From Planctomycetota bacterium (GTDB taxonomy: Bacteria; Planctomycetota; UBA11346): a DNA stretch of 64,000 bases. The stretch is from NCBI GenBank assembly GCA_038231435.1, contig JBBRLJ010000004.1:32001-96000 (forward strand). The letters are read 5' to 3'. This document shows, one piece after another, positions 9,777 through 18,085 of this stretch (the stretch's first letter is position 1; each line of letters begins with the position of its first letter). The notes under the pieces were generated by a model. That model was not told the origin of the DNA, searched no databases, and saw nothing but the letters and a program-made list of their open reading frames with translations. Made by a program: the position numbers and the translations under genes.

Positions 9777-9791
9777 GTTATGGTCCTGCCG

Positions 9792-10502
9792 ATGGATCGT
9801 CGGGAAACCGCACGGAAGAACCCTGTGTCTCCAGTTCCATTCCTACCAGACCTGCGTTGGCGGATGCCGCCCGATGTGCGCATCGCCTTCAGCCAGGCGG
9901 CGGATGGCGACCAACGCCTGCCGGCGCGTCGCGGCGCCTGGATCGTCAGTCTCGGGATCTCACGATTGGCGGTGCCGCGGCAAGTGCACGGCACCGTCAT
10001 CGTCGACGCTGGCGCCTCGGCCGCCGAGCTCGATCGCGCCGACGGCCTGGTGAGCGACGATCCCCGCCTGGCTCTCGGAGTCTTCGGCGCCGATTGCCCA
10101 GGCTTGTGCATCGCCGCTCCGGATGCGCTCGGTGTCGCCCACTGCGGCTGGCGCGGCGTCGCTGCAGGGATCGTCACTCGGCTCGTCGATGCGCTCGCCG
10201 CGCGCTCCGCGCATCCACGGTCGCGCTGGCACGCTTTCATCGGTCCCGGCATCCGCGGTCCGGCCTATGAAGTCGACGCGCCGGTGCTCGCGGCGCGGGC
10301 GTGGCCGATCGCGGCGCTGGCACCGCGCGCGAATGGGCGCGCCTCGCTCGATCTGCCCACCGCCATCATCGCAGACCTCGCCCACGCGGGCATCGCGCAT
10401 GCGACTGCCAGCGGCCGCTGCACCCACGAGGACTCGCGCCTGCACAGCTACCGATGGGACGGCCCGGGCATCACGCAGCTGCTGGTGGCGTGGAGGAGCT
10501 GA
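9792..10502 (+). CDS. pgeF: YfiH/PgeF family protein (peptidoglycan editing factor / laccase-domain purine nucleoside phosphorylase)
   Basis: QVHG, DGLVS, ADC, AHCGWRG, GPGI, YEV and CT...SYR motifs; start 9792 or 9780. Confidence 0.88.
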   Translation: MDRRETARKNPVSPVPFLPDLRWRMPPDVRIAFSQAADGDQRLPARRGAWIVSLGISRLAVPRQVHGTVIVDAGASAAELDRADGLVSDDPRLALGVFGADCPGLCIAAPDALGVAHCGWRGVAAGIVTRLVDALAARSAHPRSRWHAFIGPGIRGPAYEVDAPVLAARAWPIAALAPRANGRASLDLPTAIIADLAHAGIAHATASGRCTHEDSRLHSYRWDGPGITQLLVAWRS

Positions 10503-12616
10503 TGTCGACGCCTCGGCAGCTGCGTGGACCTAGCGCTCGCGATGGCGCGCCGCCGCGGGCCTTGGCGTTCTCGAGCGACGCGGTGCCCGAGCACACGCTC
10601 AGCGTGGCGAGCTTCACCGGCTGCGACGCGATCTCGGCGCTCTCCGCCTACGACCTCGATCTGATGTCCACCCGCGACGATCTCGATCTCGCCGCGCTGC
10701 TGCAAGCCGACGCATGGCTCGGCATCACTCGCGGCGTGATCCGGGACGGCGGACGCATCGACGACGCTGGCATGCTCAGGATCCACGGGGTGCTCGCGCG
10801 CATCGAGCAGCTCGATCGCGGCGGCGGGTGGACGCGCTACCGTGCCACCCTGGTTCCCAAGCTGTGGCGCGCGACGCTCGCCAGTGGCAGCCGGGTGTTC
10901 CTGGACAAGACCGTGCCCGAGATGGTCGAGCAGGTGCTGCGCGATGCCGGCCTGCCGAGCGCCGAATACGATTTCAGGCTGTCATCGCGGCGCTATCCGG
11001 CGCGGGAATACACCGTCCAGCATGCCGAGACGGATCTCGCCTTCGCCTCGCGGCTGCTCGAGCACGAAGGCATCTCGTACGCCTTCTCACACCTCGATGA
11101 TCGCTGCGTCGTGGTCTTCGCCGATGCGCCGGACGGCCGTGATCGGCCGCGCGAGAGCCAGCCGTACCGGCGCTCGGCGGCGACCGGGGCCGATGATGCC
11201 GCCGATGATTGGAACCAACGCGAGAGCGTGCGCTCGCTGATCTGCCGCCAGACCCCGGTGCCGGCGGGCATCACGCTGCAGGATCACGACTGGAGGAGCC
11301 CGGATCACGACCTGCGCGCGCGTGCGCAGGTCTCCGACCAGGCGACCCACGGCGCCACCTATCTGTACGGAGAAGCCCACCGCGACGCCGATGCGGGATC
11401 GGCCTACGCGCGCATCCGCGCCGAGGAGATCCGCTGCCGCCAGCGACTCTACGTCGGCGCGTCCGACGTGCGCTCCCTGCGCGCTGGATCCGGACTTGCG
11501 ATCGCGGGCCATCCGCGCCAGGGCGTGGATGGCGACTACCTGATCACTGAGATCCGGCACTCGGGATCGCAGCAGCTCGAACACGGCGGCGGAACCGCAC
11601 TGCGCACGAGCTACGCCAATGAATTCACCTGCATCCCCTTCGACACCATCTTCCGACCCGCGCGCACCACGCCGAAACCGCGGATCCCGGGGACCCTGCA
11701 CGCCGTGATCGATTCGGCCGGCAGCGGCGACTATGCCGAGCTCGACGACGCGGGGCGCTACCGGGTGAAGCTGCCGCTCGATCTCGAGGATCGCGGCGCA
11801 GGCAACGCCTCGCGTCCGGTGCGCATGGCGCAGCCCTACGCCGGTACGGACATGGGCATGCACTTCCCGCTGCACAAAGGCACCCAGGTGCTGCTCACCC
11901 ACGTCAACGGCGATCCGGATCGCCCGATCATCGCGGGAGCGGTGCCCGACGCGTTGACGCCGAGCGTGGTGGCGGGGCGGAACCAGACGCAATGCGTGCT
12001 GCGCAGCGGCGGTGGCAACGAAGTCCGCCTCGAGGACAGCAAGAACGCCGAGATCTTCCAGGTGACCGCGAAGCGCGACCTGGCGCTGGCGATCGGCAAC
12101 GACCGGCGCGAGCAGGTCGGCCAGGACCAGGCGCTGACCGTGAAGCGCGATCGCAAGCTCGACGTCGGCCGGGATCAAGGCGCCTCGATCGATGGCGCCG
12201 CGACGCTGCGCGTCGGCAAGGATTCGACCACCACCATCGCGGGATCGGCGAAACGCCAGGTGGACGGCAAGGATGTCCTCGAGGTCCACGGGCATCGCGT
12301 CCAGGACATCAGGCAGGATCTCAAGGAAATGGTGGGCGGAGCTATGGAGGTGACGGTGGCGAAGCACCTGCGCGAGCGCGTCCACGGCGACCGCGGAGAA
12401 TCCACCGACGGAGCGCGTAGCGCCACCGCGAGATCGATCCTCCTGAACGCCGACGACGAGCTCACCCTGCGCGCCGGAGCTGCGTCGATCACGCTCAAGA
12501 AGGACGGCAGCATCGTCATCTCCGGCAAGGACATCTCGCTGAGATCCGCGGGCATGGTCAAGATCCGCGCCGCCAAGGATGTGGCCATCAAGGGCGCCAA
12601 GGTGGTGGGGAACTGA
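10502..12616 (+). CDS. vgrG: Type VI secretion spike protein VgrG/TssI (704 aa, no evolved toxin extension)
   Basis: REYTVQHAETDLAFASRLLEHEGI, DDAGRYRVK, RMAQPYAG, GMHFPL and NGDPDRPII, then gp5-like beta-helix repeats; TGATG overlap with pgeF. Confidence 0.93.
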   Translation: MSTPRQLRGPSARDGAPPRALAFSSDAVPEHTLSVASFTGCDAISALSAYDLDLMSTRDDLDLAALLQADAWLGITRGVIRDGGRIDDAGMLRIHGVLARIEQLDRGGGWTRYRATLVPKLWRATLASGSRVFLDKTVPEMVEQVLRDAGLPSAEYDFRLSSRRYPAREYTVQHAETDLAFASRLLEHEGISYAFSHLDDRCVVVFADAPDGRDRPRESQPYRRSAATGADDAADDWNQRESVRSLICRQTPVPAGITLQDHDWRSPDHDLRARAQVSDQATHGATYLYGEAHRDADAGSAYARIRAEEIRCRQRLYVGASDVRSLRAGSGLAIAGHPRQGVDGDYLITEIRHSGSQQLEHGGGTALRTSYANEFTCIPFDTIFRPARTTPKPRIPGTLHAVIDSAGSGDYAELDDAGRYRVKLPLDLEDRGAGNASRPVRMAQPYAGTDMGMHFPLHKGTQVLLTHVNGDPDRPIIAGAVPDALTPSVVAGRNQTQCVLRSGGGNEVRLEDSKNAEIFQVTAKRDLALAIGNDRREQVGQDQALTVKRDRKLDVGRDQGASIDGAATLRVGKDSTTTIAGSAKRQVDGKDVLEVHGHRVQDIRQDLKEMVGGAMEVTVAKHLRERVHGDRGESTDGARSATARSILLNADDELTLRAGAASITLKKDGSIVISGKDISLRSAGMVKIRAAKDVAIKGAKVVGN

Positions 12617-13581
12617 TGCTGCAGCTGCGCAACGCCACCCCCTACGCGTGCTCGCTGGCGCTGCTGCCCGATCACGAAGCCATCGACTCGCTCGTCGTAG
12701 CGGTCACGGCAACGTGCACGCTCGACGGTGATCTGATCGAGCGTGAAGGCGGCGCGGCTCCGGTCGAGATGTTGTGCGGCCTGCCAAAGCCGGCGACCGA
12801 TGTGCTGCTGTCTGGACATGCGCATGCGCCTGGAGGCCGTGCCGATTCCTGCGTCGTCGAGCTGCGCCTGGGTGGCGTCATCAAGCGCGTGCGCGTGAGT
12901 GGCAACCGGCACTGGCGCAGGCACCTCTTGGGCCTCTGCCTGAGCCCGAGCGCGGCCGAACCGTTCGAACGGCTGCCCCTGACCTGGGAACGCTCCTACG
13001 GCGGGACCGCCACTGGTCGCGACGGGGCAATCACCTGTGACGATCGCAACCCGCTGGGCGTGGGATATGCGCCGGTGGGCGAACGCCCAAGCCCTGGAAC
13101 ACCCCTGCCCAATCTCGAGCACCCGGACGCGCCGATCACCTCGTGGCGGGATAGACCCGCGCCGGCGGGTTTCTCTGCGCTCGAAGCGCACTGGCAACCC
13201 CGCCGTGCCTACGCAGGAACCTACGACGACTCCTGGTGCCAGAGCCGCGCGCCGTTCCTACCGTTGGATTTCGACCGCAGGCATCTGCAGGAGGCGCCGG
13301 TCGACCAGATCGCGACGGGCCATCTGCGCGGCGACGAGACGGGGGAACTGATCAACGCTACGCCGTCTGGCCACGAACGCTTCCGGCTGCCAGGGATCGT
13401 GCTCGGCATCTCCTGCCGGATCGCGGATGCGGCGCATATGCTCATTCCGCAGCTCAACACGGTCGCCATCGATGCGGATCTTCGCCGCATCGAGCTGCTG
13501 TGGCGGGCGGCCCTGCGCTGCGACAAGCGCGCGGCGGACATCGGATCCGTCGACGTCGTCCCGCTCCAGGCAGGAGGCTGA
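12616..13581 (+). CDS. DUF2169 family T6SS adaptor/chaperone
   Basis: KPATDVLLSGHAHAP, PFERLPLTWERSYGG, NPLGVG, PAGF, WQPRRAYAGTYD and PLDFD; directly follows vgrG. Confidence 0.9.
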   Translation: MLQLRNATPYACSLALLPDHEAIDSLVVAVTATCTLDGDLIEREGGAAPVEMLCGLPKPATDVLLSGHAHAPGGRADSCVVELRLGGVIKRVRVSGNRHWRRHLLGLCLSPSAAEPFERLPLTWERSYGGTATGRDGAITCDDRNPLGVGYAPVGERPSPGTPLPNLEHPDAPITSWRDRPAPAGFSALEAHWQPRRAYAGTYDDSWCQSRAPFLPLDFDRRHLQEAPVDQIATGHLRGDETGELINATPSGHERFRLPGIVLGISCRIADAAHMLIPQLNTVAIDADLRRIELLWRAALRCDKRAADIGSVDVVPLQAGG

Positions 13582-13582
13582 G

Positions 13583-14344
13583 ATGCAGGTGGGAGAACGC
13601 GCAGAAGCCCTGGTCGACTACTTCGCCGAGGACGCCGACGGCTGCCCGTTCTGCTTCATGCCGCGCCACGATTCCCCTACCGTTGGCGATGCGGCCGCGG
13701 AACCGGTGACCAGCCTGCCAGCCGAGCTCGGCTGCGAGCCGCTGCCGGGAGCTGGCGCGGGCAGGTATGCCACCGCTCGGCACCATCTCATTCCAGCGCT
13801 GCAATGCTTCGCGCGCGTGCCCCGGCTGGTGCGCATGGCGTCAGCGGTCTCGTTCGACATCAACCACCACGGCAACGGCATGGCGCTGCCGACCGTCGCC
13901 GGCCCCTACCTGCTCGATGGCGAGCAGACAGTTTTCGGCGAGTTGCCGGAACAGCGCCAGGTGCTGATCGCGCGTTATTGGATGCGCGAGCTGGGGCTGC
14001 AGTGGCACGACGGGAACGGCCATCTCGACCACCCGCTCGAGGAGCGCGCCCCCACCGACATGGAGGACGAGGGCTCGCTCGACCATCCCGGCTATGATCA
14101 AGTGGTCATCGCACGCCTGGTGCGTGAACTCGTGCTGCTGGCCACCGCGCGCCCATGCGAGGACGATGAGGATCGCAGCCCCGAGATCCGCAAGCGCCTC
14201 GAGGACATCAGCGACGTCGAGATCCGCGGCAGGCTGATGGCCTTCGCCGAACCCCGCGCCAGCCATCCCTTCTTCGTGTCGCGCTCGGCCTGGGCATTCG
14301 CCTGCGAGGCGGCCGCAGGTACCACCTCGGAGGATCCGCCGTGA
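13583..14344 (+). CDS. AHH-like (HNH/EndoVII fold) nuclease toxin, putative T6SS effector
   Basis: ARHHLIP...FDINHHGNGMALPT...WHDGNGH...Y motif order; N-terminal CPFC; AGGAGG SD. Confidence 0.72.
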   Translation: MQVGERAEALVDYFAEDADGCPFCFMPRHDSPTVGDAAAEPVTSLPAELGCEPLPGAGAGRYATARHHLIPALQCFARVPRLVRMASAVSFDINHHGNGMALPTVAGPYLLDGEQTVFGELPEQRQVLIARYWMRELGLQWHDGNGHLDHPLEERAPTDMEDEGSLDHPGYDQVVIARLVRELVLLATARPCEDDEDRSPEIRKRLEDISDVEIRGRLMAFAEPRASHPFFVSRSAWAFACEAAAGTTSEDPP

Positions 14345-14913
14345 ACGTCGCCGCCACCGCCTACCACGTGCTCGATCAGGATCTGTGGAGCGATCCGGGC
14401 CCCGCGCTCGGCGAGATCTCGCCGCCGGTGGATATCCTGGACCTGCTGCGCGGACGGAAGCTGGCGCCCTGCGCCGAGCCGCTGCGCATACGCCTGCTGC
14501 CCTCGAGCAGCCTGGTCCTGCCGGACCTGCTGAGTTACCTGCTGCCGCTGGTCACGGATGCCCTGCGTCGCGTCCTCGAACGGGCCGGCGTGGACAACGT
14601 CGACTATCGCCAAGCGGACCTCTTCGATTCGCGCGGCCGCCGCGTCGGCAGCTATTCCCTGGCCAACGTGCTCGGCCTGGTGCGCTGCGTGGATCTCGGG
14701 AGCAGCGATGCGAAGCCCTGGCTCGGAAAAACCGAGAGCCGCGACCTGGGCTCGTTCACCATCGACGCGGCGCGCGCCGATGGTGCGCGGATGTTCCGTC
14801 TCGCCGAGTCCAGCCAACTGCTCCTCGTCGATGGGGAATTGGCTGATGCGCTCGCCTCCGCTCGGCTGCGTGGACTGCGCCTACGCTCGACGGGATCGTA
14901 CGATGGCTACTGA
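14341..14913 (+). CDS. Imm11/DUF1629-like immunity protein
   Basis: PDLL...PLVTDALRRVLE..GVDNVDY, YSLANVLGLVRCVD and MFRLAE pattern; GTGA overlap with the toxin stop. Confidence 0.75.
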   Translation: MNVAATAYHVLDQDLWSDPGPALGEISPPVDILDLLRGRKLAPCAEPLRIRLLPSSSLVLPDLLSYLLPLVTDALRRVLERAGVDNVDYRQADLFDSRGRRVGSYSLANVLGLVRCVDLGSSDAKPWLGKTESRDLGSFTIDAARADGARMFRLAESSQLLLVDGELADALASARLRGLRLRSTGSYDGY

Positions 14914-15943
14914 ACGGATGCCCTCCTGCGACGTAGGGGTGCTCGCTGTGGCCATGCGCACACCGGTCGGCGTCGACGCCATCGAGACCTCGTCCTCGGT
15001 CCGCGCGGGAGTGGCGCGATTCGGTGAATGCGCCTGGCTCGACGCCGGCCGGCAGGCAATGGTAGTCGCGAAGGTCGAGGACGGCGCGCAGGAGGAGATC
15101 GCGCAGCGGCATGCGTTGGGATCATCGGCGTGCGAACGACGCCTGCTCCGACTGGCCAGTGGGCCCTTGCGCGAGCTGCGTCACGCCGCGGGCTCGCGGC
15201 GGCCTCGCGCCTTCATCGCCATTCCCGACCGGCTGGGCGATGCTCCGACCCTGCTCACAGAGCTGTGCGGGATCCTCGGACCGGTCGGAGGGTTCGTGCC
15301 AGTGCGTGAAGGCCGCGCTGGCGGACTGTCGGCGGTGGCCGCGGCAGCGCGGGCGATCCGCAATGGAGAGGCCGAGCTCGCCATCGCTGGCGGTGTGGAT
15401 TCGTACATCGATCTGCGCACCCTGGCCGAGCTCGATCGCGAGCGTCGACTGCGCAGCGACGCCAACCGCGATGGCTTCATCCCCGGAGAGGCCGCCGCAT
15501 TCCTGCTGCTCGGGATGAGAGGGGCTGGTACCCCTCTCGCGCTGCTCGGCGCCGATGGAATCGGCCATGAGCCTGGCCACCTCGGCAGCCCCGAACCGTA
15601 TCGCGGCGACGGTCTGAGCGGTACGCTGGCTCGGCTCTTCGAGGCTTCCCCCGCAACGCGCGTACGCGAGTCGTGGTCGACGATGAACGGCGAGTCGCAT
15701 TGGGCCAAGGAGTGGGGAATCGCAGGCATCCGCCATCGACAACGCTTTGTCGACGGCCACGCCCTGCATCATCCCGCCGACTGCCTCGGCGACACCGGAG
15801 CCGCGAGCGGCGCGGTGATCGCAGGTCTCGCGGCGTTGCGCCTGTCGCGCCGCCCAGACATAGGGACAATGCTTCTGCTCGCCTCGGCCGACCATGGGCC
15901 GCGCACCGCGCTGCTCATGCAGCCCGTGGGTGATCCGTCATGA
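14903..15943 (+). CDS. Beta-ketoacyl synthase-like (thiolase fold) T6SS accessory protein, no catalytic Cys
   Basis: MRTPVG, AIAGGVDSY, GFIPGEAAA, MNGESHWAKEW and HPADCLGDTGAASG. Confidence 0.82.
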   Translation: MATERMPSCDVGVLAVAMRTPVGVDAIETSSSVRAGVARFGECAWLDAGRQAMVVAKVEDGAQEEIAQRHALGSSACERRLLRLASGPLRELRHAAGSRRPRAFIAIPDRLGDAPTLLTELCGILGPVGGFVPVREGRAGGLSAVAAAARAIRNGEAELAIAGGVDSYIDLRTLAELDRERRLRSDANRDGFIPGEAAAFLLLGMRGAGTPLALLGADGIGHEPGHLGSPEPYRGDGLSGTLARLFEASPATRVRESWSTMNGESHWAKEWGIAGIRHRQRFVDGHALHHPADCLGDTGAASGAVIAGLAALRLSRRPDIGTMLLLASADHGPRTALLMQPVGDPS

Positions 15944-16320
15944 GCCAGACCACCTTCGCGAACGGGCGCGGCATCGTGCACCTCGCCAGCGGCGGCTCGA
16001 GCCTGGTCTATCCAGACGTCTGCAAGACACCCGTGGGATCGGCCCTGGTGCCGATCCCGTACCCGAACCGCGGACGCTGCTCTGACGGTTCGAAGGGCCC
16101 GGTCACGGTGCGCTGCGAAGGACGCATGCCGATGGTGAAGAACGCGATCTACACGCGTTCGAGCGGCGACGAGAAGGGCAAGGGCGGTGGGCTGCTGTCC
16201 TTCGTCAACAAGGGAAGATGCGAATTCATCGTGTATTCGTTCGACGTGAAGTTCGAGAACCGGGGCGTCTGCCGCCTCGGCGACACGCTGTTCCACAACA
16301 AGAAGAACGCCATGGGATGA
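15940..16320 (+). CDS. PAAR-like spike tip protein (DUF4150), stand-alone
   Basis: PDVCKTP, PIPYPN, SSGDEKG and SFDVKFENRGVCRLGD. Confidence 0.92.
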   Translation: MSQTTFANGRGIVHLASGGSSLVYPDVCKTPVGSALVPIPYPNRGRCSDGSKGPVTVRCEGRMPMVKNAIYTRSSGDEKGKGGGLLSFVNKGRCEFIVYSFDVKFENRGVCRLGDTLFHNKKNAMG

Positions 16321-16742
16321 GTCGGCGACATCCGACGCACTCCCCCGGAACGAAGAAGGGCCCCATGAACGATCTGCTTCCTGCTTCCCAACTCTCCAGC
16401 GCGACCGTGCGGCGAATCGACGACGGACGCGTGCTCTGCGATGACGAATGGTGCGATCGACTGCACGGCGCCGATCCGCTGGTGCTCGTCGCCGGAGACG
16501 AGGTGATGGTCTGCCGCCTGCCCGGGCGCCAACGCGGGATCGTGGTCGGCCGCATTGGCGGCGAGACTCGCCCATCGCCCTCGGACACGGTGATCGAAGC
16601 CGCATCCTCGCTCGCGCTGCGCTGCGGCGAGGCCTCGCTCATCATGCGCGCCGACGGCAGGATCCTGATCTCGGGTTCCGACATCGTCTCGCGCGCCAAG
16701 CGGCGCAACCGCATCAAGGGCGGTTCGGTCGCGATCAACTGA
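16317..16742 (+). CDS. DUF6484-like small protein resembling a mini spike (OB-like segment plus VgrG-tip-like beta strands)
   Basis: GDEVMV...GIVVGRI and LALRCGEASLIMRADGRILISG...NRIKGGSVAIN; alternative start 16365. Confidence 0.75.
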   Translation: MSRRHPTHSPGTKKGPMNDLLPASQLSSATVRRIDDGRVLCDDEWCDRLHGADPLVLVAGDEVMVCRLPGRQRGIVVGRIGGETRPSPSDTVIEAASSLALRCGEASLIMRADGRILISGSDIVSRAKRRNRIKGGSVAIN

Positions 16743-16743
16743 C

Positions 16744-17949
16744 ATGAGCCCGCACACCCCGGACATCGTGGCCGAGCACCTCGACGAGCTGCCCACCGAC
16801 TGCGCGCGGCGCATCGCCCTGCTCGACGACCCGCGCGCCTTCCCCGACCATCTGCGCGCGCTCGACGACATCATCGCCGCCAGGATCGAGGGCATTGCGC
16901 TCGCCGGCACCGCCGCCGAAAGCGCGCTCGGATCCGCTGCAGCCTCCGGCGATGCCACCGAAACCTGCGCGGCGGCCATGTGCTTGCTTGCGAGCGGCTC
17001 GCAGTCGGCCTGGGATCTCCTCCTCGGGGCGCTCGAGAACGGTGCCTGTGCCTGGCCAGGGATCGCAAAGGCCCTTATCTGGAGCAACGCCGAGCCGCCG
17101 GTCGGTGCCCTGCATGCGCTAGCCGACTCTCGGGTCCCATCTCTCGCTGTCGTCGGCCTGGTCGGCTTGGCCGCGCGCGGCGATGTCCGTGATCGCTCGG
17201 CACGCGTCGCGGCGCTGGCCGCCGATCCCGATGCGGAAGTGCGAGCGCACGCCTTCCAGTCCGCCGCCATGTCCATGCTGCCCCCGCCGAGCATGGATGC
17301 GATCCTCGCGGAGCGCGACCCCGCGACGAAATGCATCGCGCTCGATGCGGCGGCATGGAGCGCTGCGTCGTGGCTGCTCGACCACCACGCCCTGCGCAAC
17401 CAGGCGCACGCGCTCGCCGTCGCCGCGGCGGTGAGCCCGGCATCGTCCGATGATGAGCAGCATGCGCGATTCCTCGCGGCATGCTCGGATCCCACCCTCG
17501 GTGCCGCGCGCTTCGGGATCCTCGCCACGCTTGGAGATCCCTCGGTGGTGCCGGCGTTGCTTGAGGCTCTTTCCGATCCAGTGTCCGCGAATGCACTGGC
17601 CGCTGGAGCGGCATTCTCGCGCATGTTCGCCGCCGACATCGATTCGGAGCGCATGGTGAGGACATCTGCGGAGACCGCCGACGACTTCGAGCACGCCTTC
17701 GCCGACGCAGCGGCGCTGCCGGATCCCGACCTCGCCCATCGACTCTGGCGAGAACTCGCACCTGCGCTCGGTTCCGCCACGCGCATCGCCAGCGGGATGG
17801 ATGTCGGTCGACCATTCGACCTGGACGCCCTCGACCTGCGCTCCCGTCGCGAATGGGCGATGAGGCGGGCGTTCCACGGGCTCGGGGGGCCGGGAGCGGC
17901 GGACCTGGAAAGGGTCGGGTGCCATTCGCCGGCTTGGCGCGCTCGATGA
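16744..17949 (+). CDS. TIGR02270-like HEAT/ARM-repeat T6SS accessory protein
   Basis: DIVAEHLDE...LDDIIAARIEGI N-terminus, LGDPSVVPALLEAL..P...AAGAAFSRM; position in the vgrG cluster. Confidence 0.75.
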   Translation: MSPHTPDIVAEHLDELPTDCARRIALLDDPRAFPDHLRALDDIIAARIEGIALAGTAAESALGSAAASGDATETCAAAMCLLASGSQSAWDLLLGALENGACAWPGIAKALIWSNAEPPVGALHALADSRVPSLAVVGLVGLAARGDVRDRSARVAALAADPDAEVRAHAFQSAAMSMLPPPSMDAILAERDPATKCIALDAAAWSAASWLLDHHALRNQAHALAVAAAVSPASSDDEQHARFLAACSDPTLGAARFGILATLGDPSVVPALLEALSDPVSANALAAGAAFSRMFAADIDSERMVRTSAETADDFEHAFADAAALPDPDLAHRLWRELAPALGSATRIASGMDVGRPFDLDALDLRSRREWAMRRAFHGLGGPGAADLERVGCHSPAWRAR

Positions 17950-17951
17950 GG

Positions 17952-17986
17952 GAAGATGGAAGACGGAACACGGAAGACGGAAGGCA
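17952..17986 (+). repeat. GAAGANN heptamer array (single arm)
   Basis: GAAGATG GAAGACG GAACACG GAAGACG GAAGGCA between convergent genes. Confidence 0.8.
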
Positions 17987-18085
17987 GCGGAGTTCGCTCG
18001 CTCCAGGCCTTGTCCGCGGCGCCGCCGAGTGGAGCAACCAGCGAGGCGGCGGCAGCCGCGTCGCGAATGCCGGTACTGGTACGGT

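Noticed and set aside
14903..15943. Polyketide/fatty-acid biosynthetic cluster
   Set aside because: The KS-like protein has no catalytic Cys and there are no ACP, AT or tailoring genes; the context is T6SS
10502..17949. Prophage tail remnant
   Set aside because: No capsid, terminase, tape measure, integrase or lysis genes; VgrG/DUF2169/DUF4150 are T6SS-type
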